A DNA stretch of 64,000 bases from Alphaproteobacteria bacterium (GCA_963422645.2 CAXXVO010000005.1:160001-224000), one strand, 5' to 3'. Shown: positions 1-11,796, counted from the first letter of the stretch. Notes: a model not told the origin generated them from the sequence alone. Made by a program: numbers and translations.

Positions 1-111
1 GGCGTTGATTGTGTCGGCCATGGCCTTTATGGCGACGCGGGCGTGGGCGGGCGAATCGCTGCCCTGGTCGAGGTGGGTGGTGTCGATCTTCCGGGTGGGC
101 CATGCGGTCAT
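1..111 (-). CDS. N-terminus of a probable phage tail/fibre-associated protein (runs off the window edge)
   Basis: ATG at 111 with an AAAGGA RBS, just downstream of the tail-tip gene. Reads MTAWPTRKIDTTHLDQGSDSPAHARVAIKAMADTINA with no stop to the edge. Not in the ORF track. Confidence 0.55.
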   Translation of the reverse strand, partial: MTAWPTRKIDTTHLDQGSDSPAHARVAIKAMADTINA

Positions 112-132
112 TGGGTTTCCTTTCGCGCCCAC

Positions 133-1736
133 TCAGCTCGCCGGCGCGGCGATATGGGCGCGGGCGAGGCCGAAGCAGAGGTACTTGACGGTGGGGAGTT
201 GCCCGCGCTCCCAGGTCCAGGTCCACTCGACCTGGACGATGCGTCCTGCAATCCTGTCCCCGGCGGCGTAGCCGGTCCAGGCGGCGGAGGCGAGGTCGTC
301 TCGGAAGTCGGCGGCGCGCACGCGCACCGTCGGCTGGACGGCGGCGTCGGAGTCCCAGGCGAGCACCGAGACGACGCCGTCCTGGCCGAGGTCTGCCGGC
401 ATGGAGGTGTAGACGGTGGGCTCGGCCGCCCAGGCCGCGCCGGGGAGCGCCCATCCGGTCCAGGCGTCCCAGGTGGTGAGGCCGCGCCAGGCGTAGTCGG
501 CGGCGCCGGTGGCGGGATCGGCCCAGGAGAAGTCGAGGGCCGCGCCGGCGAGCGTGCCGCGGGTCCATCCCTCGGCGCTGGGGCAGGCCCAGAACAGGCT
601 CTCGCCCCGGCGCTGGGCGCCGAGGCGCGCGGTGACGCGGCTCTCGGGGCCGTAGCGCCCGCCGGTGTCGAGGGCGCGGAAGGAGAATACCCAGTCGCCG
701 GCGGCGGGCTCGACGGCCTCCCACGGGCTTGCGGTGAGCCACCCCCGGTGGATCGCGCGCAGCTCTTCCCACGGCGTGCCCGGATCTGCGGGCCAGCCGG
801 GCGCGGGTCCGTATCTGATGCGGACGCCGAGCAGGTCGGGGTCGGGCGGCTCGGCCCAGCGGAAGCGCCGGGTTCCGTCGCCGAGGCGCTCGACGTGGGC
901 CTCGCCGACGGCGCCGGGGGGCGTGCGCAGGCCGCGGATCGTATATGCGATGCGGTGCCGCGGGCCGCCGCCGCGGGGCAGGACGACGATCTCGATCCAG
1001 CCCTCGGGCGGGCTGGTCCAGCGCGCCTCCGTGTCGCCGCCGTCGAGGCTGGCGACGGTGCGCATGGGCCGGCGCTCCCACGACGCGCGGACCTCGGCGC
1101 CGCGCCAGTCGCCGGCGACGGTGAGGGAGAGCGCGATCTCGACGAGGAAGGCGGCGCCGACGCGGATCAGGGTCTCGGTGACGGTGGCGTGCAGGACCCG
1201 CGGCAGATTGCGCCGTATCTGCGGCAGATCGACCGAGAGGTCGGCGGTGGCGGCAGCGTAGTAGGCGCCGAGCTCGTCGACGGCCTCGAGGCGCACCCGG
1301 TCCCCGGATCTGGGGCTGACGCCCACGACCTTCACCCTCGCCGGCCCGGCGCCTGCGGGATAGAGGCGCCAGAGCGTGTCGACGGGCTCGCCGATTCCGT
1401 CCTCCGGCGCGGGTGTCGTCCACACGCGGGCGGTTTCGGCGCCGTTCGCGCGCGCGTCGGAGCCGGGCGGGCCGGCATGGGCGCGCACGGTCTCGAGCGC
1501 CCCTTCGGGCCGGCGCAGCATCAGCCAGTCGGTCCCCGCCTCGCCGGCGATCCGCACGGCGCGGTCGAGGGTGCATCCGTCGTCGTGCAGGGCGACGAGC
1601 CGGCCCGTGCGGCCGCCGTCGAGCAGGCCGTGGCTGAGGTGGACCACGTCGCCGCGCCTGATGGAGAGGCCTTCCGGCCCCGTCTCCCAGGCGATCCGCC
1701 GCCGGTGGTAGCGCTGGCGCGCGGCCTGGAGATTGT
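133..1736 (-). pseudogene. Phage tail-tip / host-specificity (TipJ/gpJ-like) protein, C-terminal part, 5'-truncated by IS21
   Basis: The frame stays open upstream of the called GTG up to the IS end (NLQAARQRYHRRRIAWETGPEGLSIRRGDVVHLSH). Has FN3-like Trp/Pro-rich beta segments (RRFRWAEPPDPDLLGVRIRY; GDWVFSFRALDTGG). No N-terminal part on the other side of the IS. Confidence 0.65.
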
Positions 1737-1852
1737 TGTTAAGCGTGGAAAAGTGACCCCCTATTGGGGGTGATCGGCGTCCAAAATTGACCCCCTTGGA
1801 TTTGTGTCCATGAACACACCTCGTCGTTTGGACGGACGGGGTGGTGGGGGAG

Positions 1853-3367
1853 ATGCTGGTTGTGGAAACGATCGCGAAGATCCGTCGGGATCATCTGGTG
1901 AAGGGCGTTCCGATCAAGAAGCTCGCCCGGGATTTGAGGGTTTCCAAGAACACGATACGCAAGGTGGTGCGGGGCGATGCGACCTCGCACAGCTACGAGC
2001 GCAAGATCCAGCCGATGCCGAAGCTTGGGCTGTGGGTGGAGGAGCTTGAGCGCCAGCTGAAGGCCAACGAGAAGAAGGCACGCAAGGATCGGCTGTCTCT
2101 TCTGCGGATTCATGAAGACCTTGTGTCGCTGGGCTACAAGGGCGGCTATGACGCGGTTCGCCGCTATGCCAGGGCCTGGCGGCGCCGGTGGCGGCTGTTG
2201 TCGCCGGCGCAGGCCTATGTGCCGCTGATCTTCGATCCCGGCGAGGCCTACCAGTTCGACTGGAGCCACGAGTACGCGCGTCTGTCGGGCGCGACGACCA
2301 GGGTGAAGGCGGCGCACATGCGGCTGTGCCACAGCCGGATGTATCTGGTCCAGATCTTTCCCCGCGAGAGCCAGGAGATGGTCTTCGAGGCGCACGAGCG
2401 TGCCTTCCGCTTCTTCGGCGGGGTCTGCCGGCGGGGCATCTACGACAACATGAAGACGGCGGTGAGCACGATCTTCGTGGGCAAGAAGCGGGACTACAAC
2501 CGCCGCTTCCAGGAGCTGTGCTCGCACCATCTGGTGGAGCCTGTGGCGTGCACGCCAGGGGCTGGCTGGGAGAAGGGGCAGGTCGAGAAGCAGGTGGGTG
2601 ACCTTCGCGGCCGCCTGTTCGTGCCCATCCCGCGGGGCCGCTCCTACGCCGAGATCAACGAGTGGCTGATGGATCGGTGCATCGAGGACGCCAAGAAGCA
2701 TCCGCATCCGACAATCCCGGGCAAGACGGTGTGGCAGGTGTTCGAGGAGGAGCAGCCCTTCCTGATGGCGTATCGCGGCCCCTTCGACGGCTTCCATGCC
2801 AGCGAGGTGTCGGTCTCGAAGACCTGTCTGGTGCGCTTCGACAACAACCAGTACAGCGTCGCGGCCCGCGCCGTCGGCCGGCCGGTGGACGTGCGGGCCT
2901 ATGCCGATCGGATCGTCATCCGCCAGGACGGCGAGACCGTTGCCGAGCACCCCCGCAGCTTCGGGCGCGGCCGGTTCGTCTACGATCCGTGGCATTACGT
3001 GCCGATCCTGACGCGGAAGCCCGGCGCGCTACGCAATGGCGCGCCCTTCAAGGACTGGCAGTTGCCCAACGCGCTCGGCCGCCTGCGAACCCGGCTCGCG
3101 GGCCACGACGACGGCGACCGGCAGTTCGTCAAGGTGCTCGCGGCGGTGCTGGAGGACGGACTGGAGGCGGTTGAGGCGGCCTGTGCCGAGACGCTCGACT
3201 GCGGTGCCTGCAGCGCCGACGTGGTGCTCAACATCCTCGCCCGGCAGCGCCAGCCGGCACCGCCGGCAATCATCCCGACGCCCGAGGGCCTGCAGCTTCG
3301 CCACAAGCCGGTAGCCGACTGTCAGCGCTACGACAGCCTGAGGGAGGCCGGTCATGGAGCGTCATGA
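1853..3367 (+). CDS. istA: IS21 family DDE transposase IstA
   Basis: N-terminal HTH ([17 protein letters not shown]), [17 protein letters not shown] and WEKGQVE motifs. Confidence 0.95.
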   Translation: MLVVETIAKIRRDHLVKGVPIKKLARDLRVSKNTIRKVVRGDATSHSYERKIQPMPKLGLWVEELERQLKANEKKARKDRLSLLRIHEDLVSLGYKGGYDAVRRYARAWRRRWRLLSPAQAYVPLIFDPGEAYQFDWSHEYARLSGATTRVKAAHMRLCHSRMYLVQIFPRESQEMVFEAHERAFRFFGGVCRRGIYDNMKTAVSTIFVGKKRDYNRRFQELCSHHLVEPVACTPGAGWEKGQVEKQVGDLRGRLFVPIPRGRSYAEINEWLMDRCIEDAKKHPHPTIPGKTVWQVFEEEQPFLMAYRGPFDGFHASEVSVSKTCLVRFDNNQYSVAARAVGRPVDVRAYADRIVIRQDGETVAEHPRSFGRGRFVYDPWHYVPILTRKPGALRNGAPFKDWQLPNALGRLRTRLAGHDDGDRQFVKVLAAVLEDGLEAVEAACAETLDCGACSADVVLNILARQRQPAPPAIIPTPEGLQLRHKPVADCQRYDSLREAGHGAS

Positions 3368-4082
3368 TGTGCTGGAGATGATGACCCAGCTGAAGCTCGC
3401 AGGTATGCGCGCCGCTTACGACGACATCCTTGCCGACGGGCTCAAGCGCCGCCATCCGGTGCAACAGATCATCGGTACGCTGCTGCAGGTCGAGATCGCC
3501 GACAAGAGGGCCCGCTCGATCAAGTACCAGATGGCCTCCGCCAAGCTGCCGACGGTCAAGGAGCTGGCCGACTTCGACTTCGCCGCCTCGCCGGTCAACG
3601 AGCCCCTGATCCAGGAGCTCGCCGGCGGCGGCTTCCTCGAGGGCAAACGCAACATCGTGCTGGTCGGCGGCACCGGTACCGGCAAGACCCATCTCGCCGT
3701 CGCCATCGCGCGGTCCTGCATCCGCAAGGGCGCGCGCGGCCGGTGCTACAACGTCGTCGACCTGGTCAACCTCCTCGAGGCCGAGCTTCGCGCCGGACGC
3801 CAGGGCCGCACTGCAGACCAGCTCGTCCGCCGCGACTTCGTCATCCTCGACGAGCTCGGCTACCTGCCCTTCGCCCAGGCCGGTGGGCAGCTGCTCTTCC
3901 ATCTGATGAGCCGGCTCTACGAGCGCACCTCGATCGTCATCACCACAAACCTCGCCTTCGGCGAATGGCCATCCGTCTTCGGCGACCCCAAGATGACCAC
4001 AGCGCTGCTCGATCGCCTCACCCATCATTGCGAGATCATCGAGACCGGCAACGAGAGCTGGCGCTTCAAGAACCGCTCCTGA
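3354..4082 (+). CDS. istB: IS21 helper AAA+ ATPase IstB
   Basis: Walker [10 protein letters not shown], Walker B ILDELGY, TTNL and LLDRLTHH motifs; overlaps the istA stop. Confidence 0.95.
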   Translation: MERHDVLEMMTQLKLAGMRAAYDDILADGLKRRHPVQQIIGTLLQVEIADKRARSIKYQMASAKLPTVKELADFDFAASPVNEPLIQELAGGGFLEGKRNIVLVGGTGTGKTHLAVAIARSCIRKGARGRCYNVVDLVNLLEAELRAGRQGRTADQLVRRDFVILDELGYLPFAQAGGQLLFHLMSRLYERTSIVITTNLAFGEWPSVFGDPKMTTALLDRLTHHCEIIETGNESWRFKNRS

Positions 4083-4266
4083 CCCGCCGCCGGCCTCCCT
4101 TGCGGCCCGGTTGCCCCGGTGGGCCAACAGGGACCCCCCACGCGGCTTCGCTCCGCGTAGCGCAGGGCGCCACACGAAGCCGCGCGCGCTCAACGCCGCC
4201 AACCCCTTGACCTTCCGCCTTCTTCCCGGCATCTTCCGGATTCGCAATGACTTTCGTCCCCCTACA

Positions 4267-4482
4267 CACATAGCCGTAGTCATACCAGCAGTCGCGGCGG
4301 ATGTGGTTCATGAATTCGTTTACGACGTCGTCGTACTCGGCCCAGGGGAAGGCGACGATTTCACCGTCGTCGTACCTGTCGTGCACGCTCTTGATTGGCG
4401 CAGAGCCTTCCGCTTAGAGCTTGGGCAAGAAGGCGACCAAGTCTCGGATATCCTGCGCCGTCGGCTGCGGCGTCCTCGTCAT
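4267..4482 (-). pseudogene. Decayed DUF6508-like gene (internal TAA, 3' end disrupted)
   Basis: AGGAG RBS and ATG at 4482: MTRTPQPTAQDIRDLVAFLPKL*AEGSAPIK...FPWAEYDDVVNEFM...CWYDYGY. In-frame TAA at 4414-4416. Family recalled from motif similarity only. Confidence 0.45.
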
Positions 4483-4629
4483 TGGTTTGCTCCTATCAAC
4501 TCGCGTTGTTGCTTGCCGACACCGACGTCCCTGTCTCGTCTCGCCGTTCTCGACCATCGGCGTCCGCCTGCGCGTCCATGACGACGCGCGCCCGAAGTGC
4601 GGGCTCCATCGGACTGACCATGACCGTTC

Positions 4630-5523
4630 TTATTCTTCTGGGGAGATGTCGGGGAACACCGTCGCATTTTCGTGTATCAAGCGGGTGGGCTGCACCCACC
4701 AACCGGGACGCTCGCGGGCGATGGCGCCTGCCGCGTCCACTGCTGCCGCCTCATCCGCGAACAGGCCGAAGCAGGTGCCGCCCGAGCCGGTCATACGGGC
4801 GAGCAGGCAGCCTGTCGCCGCCACAAGGCGCGCGAGTACCCGGTCGATTTCGGGCACCTGGGCACGAGCCGGCAGCTCAAGATCGTTGCGCCGGGTGCGC
4901 AGCAGAGTGGCGAGCGCCGTCGCATCCGCGGGGGTCTCGCAGAAGCGATCCGCAGCCGAGAACGGCCCGCCCCGCGCGGCGAAGACGGGCCCGGTGGGCA
5001 CCGGCACGCCGGGATTGACCAGCAGCACGCCGCAGGGCGGCAGCGGCGGCGGTGCGCCCAACGCTTCGCCGATGCCGGCCATGTACGCGGCGCGCGAGTC
5101 CAAGCAAACGGGCACGTCGGCGCCGAGGCCGAGCGCGATCTCCCGAAGATCGTCCGTGTGCTCGGGGCCGAGCCGCCACAGCCGGGCGAGGCCGCGCAAT
5201 ACAGCCGCGGCATCGGCCGAGCCGCCGCCGAGGCCGGCCGCGACTGGCAGGCGCTTGTGCAGCGCGATCCGCACGCCGGCGGGTCGGCCGAGCCTCTCCG
5301 CCAGCGCCGCCGCAGCCCGCGTAGCCAGATTGTCGCCGGCGTCCAAGGCATCGGCGAAGGGTCCGCTCACGTTGAGAGCGAGGGCGTCGGCCGGCGCGAT
5401 CTCCAGTGTATCCGCGAGGGCGGCGAAGGTGACGAGGCTATCCAACTCGTGATAGCCGTCGGCCCGCCGGCCGGTTACGTGGAGGTAGAGGTTGAGCTTG
5501 GCCGGCGCCTCGACCCGGATCAC
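4630..5523 (-). CDS. ispE: 4-diphosphocytidyl-2-C-methyl-D-erythritol kinase
   Basis: APAKLNLYLHV..RRADGYHELDSL, PVAAGLGGGSADAA and MTGSGGTCF (GHMP kinase motifs). Confidence 0.95.
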   Translation of the reverse strand: MIRVEAPAKLNLYLHVTGRRADGYHELDSLVTFAALADTLEIAPADALALNVSGPFADALDAGDNLATRAAAALAERLGRPAGVRIALHKRLPVAAGLGGGSADAAAVLRGLARLWRLGPEHTDDLREIALGLGADVPVCLDSRAAYMAGIGEALGAPPPLPPCGVLLVNPGVPVPTGPVFAARGGPFSAADRFCETPADATALATLLRTRRNDLELPARAQVPEIDRVLARLVAATGCLLARMTGSGGTCFGLFADEAAAVDAAGAIARERPGWWVQPTRLIHENATVFPDISPEE

Positions 5524-5533
5524 CGCCGGTCCT

Positions 5534-7339
5534 CTACTGTGATGCTTCGGCCTCGGCTCCGGCGGAGAGACCGTCCGCGATCTTGCGCCGGACCTGGGCG
5601 GCCAGATCGTCCTCCGGATCGAGGGTGAGCACGCGCCGCCACTGGAAGCGCGCCTCGTGCAACCGGCCCACCTGCCAGTAGGCGTCGCCCAGGTGGTCGT
5701 TGATGATGGGATCGCCCGCCACCAGCTCGACCGCCCGCTCCAGCTGGCGCACGGCCTCCTCGAAGTCGCCCAGCCTGTAGGCCGCCCACCCGAGGCTGTC
5801 GACGATATAGCCGTCGTCGGGCCGGAGCTCGACGGCCTTCTCGATCATGGTCCTGGCCTCGTCGAGATTGCGCCCCTGCTCCACCCAGGTATAGCCGAGA
5901 TAGTTGAGCACCAGCGGCTGATCCGGCTCCAACTCTAGCGCGTGCTTGAAGTCGGCCTCGGCCTTGGGCCACTCGCCCAGGCGTTCGAACGCGATGCCGC
6001 GCACGTAGAAGAGGCGCCAGTGGCGATACTCGACCGTCTCGATCCGCTCGACCGCGATGTCGTAGGCGGCAGCGGCCTCCGCGTATTGCTCGTCCCTCCT
6101 GAACACATCGCCGAGCGTGGTGACGGCGTCCGTGCGCTCGGGTTGCTCGTCCGCCAGCCGTCTCAGCGTCGCGATCGCTTCATCCTGCCGGTCGAGATCC
6201 GCGAGATCGCTCGCAGCGCGGAGCTGCGCCGCCCAGGCGAAGTCCGATTCGGCCGGGATGGAACGGTAGGCGTCGACTGCGGCCTCCAGGCGCTCCGCAT
6301 CTTCGAGAATTTCGCCAATCAAGAAGCGGGCCGCATGCAGATCGTCGCGGAGGAAAAGCGCAAGGCGCGCGTAGATCAGCGCGGCTTCGCCGTTGTCCCG
6401 GTTCGGTACCGAGGCGGCCACGCCGAGCAGAGCCTCCGCCAAGCCCTCGCGCGCATCGGAGACGATAGGCGGCACCGTCTCGCCGGCATCGACCGCAGCC
6501 AGCACGCGCTCCACCCAGATGATGTCCGGATTCTGTTCACGGTACTCCTGGTAGATCGCGCGGGCATCGACGATGCGCCCCGCCCGCATCAGGAGGCTGC
6601 CGAGCGCCGCCACCGGGCGGTGCGAGCCCGTGGAGTTCACGACCGCTTCACGCAGGAGGGCCTCGGCATCCGCCTCTCGCCCGGCGAGATCGTTAATCAG
6701 GCCGGCATGGAGGTTGAAGAAGGGCCGGTAGGCATCACGATCCGCGAGCGGTGCCAGCGCCGTCAGCGCCTCCGTGTCTGAGCCGGTACCGGTGTGTATC
6801 CACGCCTCGGCGAGCGGTATCAGGAGTGCATAGACGCTCTCCCGCTCGATCGCATCGATGCGCTGAAGCGCCGATTCGTCGTCGCCCTCGCGCGCGTCCC
6901 GCAGCCCGAGAAGGAATTGCGCCAGACGTCCGCTCGCCCCGATATCGAGCAGGCGCTCGGCCAGCGCGGCTGCAACGTCAATCCGGCCGTCGGCAACCTG
7001 TAGAGACACGGTGCGGCGCAGGAGAGAGGGATTGTCCGGATCCGCAGCGAGGACGCGCTGCAAGTGCCGGGCTGCCGCCGCATAGTCGCCGCGGCCATGG
7101 GCGTAGCGGCCGACGAGATAGCTGCCGAACTGCGAGGCGGCGGCCCGGTGGGCGCTCGCTGCGGGCTCCGGCGGCAAGGGTGGATCGTGCTCATCGGCTG
7201 CGATCGGCCCTGCAATGCTCGCCCCGCCGATCAGTCCGGCGGCCAGGGCACCGCTCAACCAGGCGACCGCGCCGCGACGCCCGCTGCCCGGGTCCTGCCG
7301 TCGCCGGGCGGCGCCCGCCCTTGCTTCACATGTTGGCAT
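5534..7339 (-). CDS. Tetratricopeptide repeat protein (conserved upstream of ispE)
   Basis: Multiple TPR motifs ([30 protein letters not shown]). Start is approximate. Confidence 0.85.
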   Translation of the reverse strand: MPTCEARAGAARRRQDPGSGRRGAVAWLSGALAAGLIGGASIAGPIAADEHDPPLPPEPAASAHRAAASQFGSYLVGRYAHGRGDYAAAARHLQRVLAADPDNPSLLRRTVSLQVADGRIDVAAALAERLLDIGASGRLAQFLLGLRDAREGDDESALQRIDAIERESVYALLIPLAEAWIHTGTGSDTEALTALAPLADRDAYRPFFNLHAGLINDLAGREADAEALLREAVVNSTGSHRPVAALGSLLMRAGRIVDARAIYQEYREQNPDIIWVERVLAAVDAGETVPPIVSDAREGLAEALLGVAASVPNRDNGEAALIYARLALFLRDDLHAARFLIGEILEDAERLEAAVDAYRSIPAESDFAWAAQLRAASDLADLDRQDEAIATLRRLADEQPERTDAVTTLGDVFRRDEQYAEAAAAYDIAVERIETVEYRHWRLFYVRGIAFERLGEWPKAEADFKHALELEPDQPLVLNYLGYTWVEQGRNLDEARTMIEKAVELRPDDGYIVDSLGWAAYRLGDFEEAVRQLERAVELVAGDPIINDHLGDAYWQVGRLHEARFQWRRVLTLDPEDDLAAQVRRKIADGLSAGAEAEASQ

Positions 7340-8966
7340 AGTTGGGGCCGCCCCCGCCTTCGGGCACCACCCATTCGATATTCTGCGTGGGGTCCTTGAT
7401 GTCGCAGGTCTTGCAGTGCACGCAGTTCTGCGCGTTGATCTGCAGGCGTGGCGGGCCGTCGGCGTCCTCCACGATCTCGTAGACACCGGCCGGGCAGTAG
7501 CGCTGCTCCGGCGCGTCGTAAAGCGCGAGATTCACCCCTATCGGCACGCCGTCGTCCTTGAGCGTCAGGTGCGCGGGCTGGTCCTCCTCGTGATTGGTGT
7601 TCGAGAGGTAGACCGAGCTCGGCTTGTCGAAGGAGACGACGCCGTCCGGCTTGGGGTAGGCGATCTTCGGCGCATCGGCGGCCTTCTTCAGGCTCTCGTG
7701 GTCTCGGCCGTGGCGGAGCGTCCAGGGCAGCACGCCGCCGGTCCAGAGCTCGATGAAGCTGATGGCGGTGCCGGCCACGAGCCCCCAACGAAATGCCGGG
7801 CGGCAATTCCTGACCTGCTTGAGCTCCTTCACCACCCAGGAGCGGCGTAACGCCGCCGGGTAGGAGTCGAGTGGCCTGGTGCCGTCGTCGGCCTCGCCCA
7901 ACGCGGCGAACACCGCCTCGGCCGCGAGCGCGCCGCTCTTCATCGCGTTGTGGCTGCCCTTGATCTTGGGCACGTTGAGGAAGCCCGCGGCACAGCCGAT
8001 CAGCGCGCCGCCGGGGAAGACGGTCTCGGGAATCGACTGGTATCCGCCCTCGTTGATCGCGCGCGCGCCGTAGCCCCGTCGCTGGCCCCCTTCCAGCACG
8101 GGGCGGATCAGGGGATGGGTCTTGAAGCGCTGGAACTCGTCGAAGGGCGAGAGGTGCGGGTTCTCGTAGTCGAGCGCCACGACGAAGCCGATCGAGACCA
8201 GGTTCTCGTCGAAGTGATAGAGGAAGGAGCCGCCGTAGGTGCGGCTGTCCAGCGGCCAGCCGAAGGTGTGCTGGATCAGGCCCGGCCGGTGCTTGCCGGG
8301 CTCGATCTCCCAGACCTCCTTGAGGCCGATGCCGTAGGTCTGCGGGTCCGAGCGCTTACGCAGATCGAAGCGCTCGGCCAGCTCCTTGGTGAGCGAGCCG
8401 CGCGCGCCTTCGGCGAAGAGCGTGTATTTCGCGTGCAGCTCAACGCCGGGCTCGTAGCTCGCCTTCTGGCTGCCGTCCCTGGCGATGCCCATGTCGCCGG
8501 TGGCGACGCCCTTGACCCGGCCGTCCTCGTGGTAGAGCACCTCGGCGGCGGCGAAGCCGGGGTAGACCTCGACGCCGAGCTCCTCCGCCTGCTGGCCCAG
8601 CCACCGGCACAAATTGCCGAGGCTGATGATGTAGTTGCCGTGGTTGCGCATTTGCGGAGGCAGGAAGGCGTTCGGCATCCTGATGCCGCCCTTCCTGGTG
8701 AGCAGGCGGAACTCGTCGCTGCCGGCCCGCGTGTTGAGCGGCGCGCCCTTCTCCTTCCAGTCCGGGATCAGCTCGTCGAGCGCGCGCGGCTCGAAGACGG
8801 CGCCGGAGAGGATGTGCGCGCCCACCTCGGAGCCCTTCTCCAGCACGGTGACGCTGATCTCGCGGCCGGCCTCCTCGGCGAGCTGGCGCAGGCGTATCGC
8901 GGCGGCGAGTCCGGCGGGACCCGCACCCACGATCACCACGTCGAACTCCATCGATTCCCGGCTCAT
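7326..8966 (-). CDS. Electron transfer flavoprotein-ubiquinone oxidoreductase
   Basis: FAD motif [17 protein letters not shown], and C-terminal CPAGVYE...[13 protein letters not shown] 4Fe-4S motif. Confidence 0.95.
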   Translation of the reverse strand: MSRESMEFDVVIVGAGPAGLAAAIRLRQLAEEAGREISVTVLEKGSEVGAHILSGAVFEPRALDELIPDWKEKGAPLNTRAGSDEFRLLTRKGGIRMPNAFLPPQMRNHGNYIISLGNLCRWLGQQAEELGVEVYPGFAAAEVLYHEDGRVKGVATGDMGIARDGSQKASYEPGVELHAKYTLFAEGARGSLTKELAERFDLRKRSDPQTYGIGLKEVWEIEPGKHRPGLIQHTFGWPLDSRTYGGSFLYHFDENLVSIGFVVALDYENPHLSPFDEFQRFKTHPLIRPVLEGGQRRGYGARAINEGGYQSIPETVFPGGALIGCAAGFLNVPKIKGSHNAMKSGALAAEAVFAALGEADDGTRPLDSYPAALRRSWVVKELKQVRNCRPAFRWGLVAGTAISFIELWTGGVLPWTLRHGRDHESLKKAADAPKIAYPKPDGVVSFDKPSSVYLSNTNHEEDQPAHLTLKDDGVPIGVNLALYDAPEQRYCPAGVYEIVEDADGPPRLQINAQNCVHCKTCDIKDPTQNIEWVVPEGGGGPNYANM

Positions 8967-9099
8967 GCGCGCTCTCGATTGTCGCGGAAAAAGCCGGGTA
9001 CGCAAGCGCCCCCAGCGCGCCGCCGCACAGCGATTGAGCATAACATTTTCGAGTTGCGCCGGTACCCGGCGCGCGGCGCGCTATGGCAAAATACGACCC

Positions 9100-10080
9100 A
9101 TGACCCTTCTCCCCATGCTCGCGCTGGCGCTCGTGATCGCGCTTTCAGGCGTGAGAGCAGAGGGGGTGGGCTTCCGCGACATCTACGTCGAGGCCGACGG
9201 CGAAGCGCTGGTCACCGCGCTCTGGTATCCGGCCGAGGCGGCAACCGGACAGATGACCATCGGCCCGTTCACCATGGATGCCAGCCGGGGAGCCCCGGTG
9301 GGCGGCGGGCGCTACGGCCTCATCCTGCTATCGCACGGGACCGGGGGCGGGCGCCTGAATCACCGCGACACGGCGATCCGTCTGGCAGAAGGCGGTTTCA
9401 TCGTTGCGGCGCCGGAACATGCCGGCGACAGTTGGCGCGACAAGAAATTCAGCGGTACGTCGGAGAATTGGCGCCGGCGTCCGCGCCAGCTGAGCGCGGT
9501 TCTGGATCGTCTCCTCGGCGACACCGAGTTCGGCCCCCGCATCGACCCGGCGCGCATCGGGGCCGTCGGGCACTCGGCCGGCGGCTACAGCGTGCTCGCG
9601 CTGATCGGCGGCCGGGCGGACATGACCGTACTCGCGCGCCACTGTACGCAGCGTCGCGACGAGGACCCGCAGTTCTGCGGCTATGGCCGGCCCGGAGGGC
9701 ACGACGACGAAGCGATGCCCGATCTTGCGGACCGGCGGATCGGTGCCGTCGTGGCCGTCGCGCCGGTCGGCGCCCTCTTCGGCGACGGGGCGTTTTCAGG
9801 CGCTGCGGTGCCGGCGCAAATTCATCGTCTGGGAGGTGATCGGATCCTGCGTCAGCCTTGGCACGCGGAAAACATCGCGGCTCTGATGGGAGAGGTCGCG
9901 CACCTGGTGGTTCATCCGGAGGCCCACCACTTCGCCTTCATCACGCCCTTTCCGCCCGCGATGGCCAATGAAGTGGGCGCTGCGGGGCGCGATCCGGATG
10001 GCTTTGACCGGCGCGCGTTCCTGTCCCAAATCGACGAGCAGATTCTGAGCTTTTTCGACGACGCCTTGCCCGCGCCATAA
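9100..10080 (+). CDS. Secreted alpha/beta hydrolase (dienelactone hydrolase-like)
   Basis: Signal-peptide-like N-terminus, SHGTGG, nucleophile elbow GHSAGG, HHFAF. Confidence 0.8.
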   Translation: MTLLPMLALALVIALSGVRAEGVGFRDIYVEADGEALVTALWYPAEAATGQMTIGPFTMDASRGAPVGGGRYGLILLSHGTGGGRLNHRDTAIRLAEGGFIVAAPEHAGDSWRDKKFSGTSENWRRRPRQLSAVLDRLLGDTEFGPRIDPARIGAVGHSAGGYSVLALIGGRADMTVLARHCTQRRDEDPQFCGYGRPGGHDDEAMPDLADRRIGAVVAVAPVGALFGDGAFSGAAVPAQIHRLGGDRILRQPWHAENIAALMGEVAHLVVHPEAHHFAFITPFPPAMANEVGAAGRDPDGFDRRAFLSQIDEQILSFFDDALPAP

Positions 10081-10104
10081 CCGCGGTTGCGCCCGGCGTC
10101 AGGT

Positions 10105-11796
10105 CTACGCGACGTAGCCGTAGTCGCGGCGTGCGGCCTCCGGCGTGATGTAGCCTTCCGCCAGGTCTTCTTCCACCGCCTCGGGCGCGCGCTCCCTGGG
10201 CTCGCCGTAGCCGCCGCCGCCGGGCACGATGAGCCGCACCCGATCGCCCGGCCGCAGGCGGATGTTGGCGTACTTGGAGGACGACGCCTTGCCGTGGGTC
10301 TCGGTCACCGGACGCCAGTCGTCCGCGCCATCGGGCCGGATCAGGGTCGCGCCCACCGCACCTTCCTGGCCGCCGAAGAGGCCCCAGGGCTTGATCCGGT
10401 GCCGGTCGGTGCACTGGCTCGCGGTGATCTCCGCCGACAGAGTGCGGAGCGTCTTGCGATAGCCCAACCCGCCGCGATGGCGGCCCGGGCCGCCGGAATC
10501 CGGCGTCATCGCGAAGTCCTCGATATGGAAGGGGAAGCGGGTCTCGAACACCTCGACCGGGTTGAAGCGGCAGTTGCCGTTGATGGCGATGACGCAGTCG
10601 TTGCCATCGGCGTAGTCGCGCCCGCCCCAGCCGCCGGAGATCAGGTCGTAGCAGGCGAAGTACTCGTCGTAGTCGGGGTGATGGCCGCCGAAGACGAAGT
10701 TGCCGCCGGTGCCGCTCTCCGCCGCCATCGCGCGTTCGGGCACGCCTTGGGCCAGCGCGCCGATCACGATCAGCGCGAGCCTCGGGTGGGTCTCGGTGTT
10801 GCCCGCGACTTCGGGCGCCGGGTAGTCGACGTTGGCGACCGTGCCGGGCCGGGCCACGATCTTGATCGGCCTAAAGCATCCCGAGTTCTTCGGGATCGAC
10901 GGGTCGGTCATGTGGAAGAGGGCGTTGTATGTCGCCGACCATGTCACGCCGAGCGTGGCGTTGATCGGCCCCTTGGCCTGGTCGTCGGTGCCCGAGAAGT
11001 CGGCGATCAGCTCGTCCCCCTGGACGAAGACGTCGACTCGTAGCTGGTAGGGTTTGTCCTCGATCCCGTCGTTCTCGACGGTATCCTCGAAGTGGTAGCG
11101 GCCGTCGGGGAACTGCGCGATCTCGGCCCGCATGCGGCGCTCGGAATAGTCCATGAGGTCGCGGCAGGTCTCCTGCCAGAGGTCGCGGCCGTACTTCGCC
11201 ACCATCTCCTTGAGGCGCGCCTCGCCGACGTCCAGCGCACCGATCATGGCGCGCAGGTCGCCGTAGTTGTAGCGAGGCGTGCGCACGTTCGCGAGCATCA
11301 GCTTCCAGACCGCATCGACATCGCGGCCACGCTTCATGATCTTTACCGGCGGCACCCGGACGCCTTCGTGGAAGATCTCCGTCGCCTCGCCGGCGAAGCC
11401 GCCCGGCACCATGCCGCCGACCTCGGCGATGTGGCCGATGGCGACAACGAAGGCCAAGAGCTTGCCGTCGGCGAAGACCGGCTTGAAGAGCGTATGCTCG
11501 GGCACGTGCAGGCCGCCCCGGTAGGGGTCGTTGTGGACGATGACGTCGCCTTCCTCGATCTGGTCGATCGGGATTTCCTCGGCGCAGGTCTTGATCAAGA
11601 GCGGCATTCCGCCGATCTGGGCGGGGCAGAACTCGGCGACCGAGACCATCTCGCCGTCGGTGTCGGCGATGGCGCAGGTGAAATCGAGGCCCTCGTTGAA
11701 GATCGTCGAGTAGGACGTCTTCATCAGGGTGATCCCCATTTCCCGGCAGATCGACACCATCGAGGAATCGATGATGTTCATCGTCACCATGTCCAT
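10105..11796 (-). CDS. Hydantoinase B / oxoprolinase family protein
   Basis: SYSTIFNE.LDF, HNDPYRGGLHVPE, GHIAEVGGMVPG, DSGGPGRHRGG and PGGGGYG motifs. Confidence 0.9.
   Translation of the reverse strand: MDMVTMNIIDSSMVSICREMGITLMKTSYSTIFNEGLDFTCAIADTDGEMVSVAEFCPAQIGGMPLLIKTCAEEIPIDQIEEGDVIVHNDPYRGGLHVPEHTLFKPVFADGKLLAFVVAIGHIAEVGGMVPGGFAGEATEIFHEGVRVPPVKIMKRGRDVDAVWKLMLANVRTPRYNYGDLRAMIGALDVGEARLKEMVAKYGRDLWQETCRDLMDYSERRMRAEIAQFPDGRYHFEDTVENDGIEDKPYQLRVDVFVQGDELIADFSGTDDQAKGPINATLGVTWSATYNALFHMTDPSIPKNSGCFRPIKIVARPGTVANVDYPAPEVAGNTETHPRLALIVIGALAQGVPERAMAAESGTGGNFVFGGHHPDYDEYFACYDLISGGWGGRDYADGNDCVIAINGNCRFNPVEVFETRFPFHIEDFAMTPDSGGPGRHRGGLGYRKTLRTLSAEITASQCTDRHRIKPWGLFGGQEGAVGATLIRPDGADDWRPVTETHGKASSSKYANIRLRPGDRVRLIVPGGGGYGEPRERAPEAVEEDLAEGYITPEAARRDYGYVA

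Larger units (their letters stand above)
1737..4082 (+). mobile_element. IS21-family insertion sequence (left end intact, right inverted repeat not found)
   Basis: Starts TGTTAAGCG. Two internal 20-bp repeats (GCGTGGAAAAGTGACCCCCT at 1743; GCGTCCAAAATTGACCCCCT at 1777), then overlapping istA-istB. Confidence 0.9.

Noticed and set aside
43-1773. 576-aa plus-strand ORF, and the many other long antisense or alternate-frame ORFs (e.g. 7950-9839, 24523-26556, 44777-46687, 49631-51673, 57952-60351)
   Set aside because: Shadow ORFs of real genes in high-GC DNA; low-complexity translations with no family motifs.
4483-4629. Possible tRNA or prophage att site downstream of ispE
   Set aside because: No cloverleaf or T-loop (GTTCRA) pattern and no matching direct repeat found in the window.
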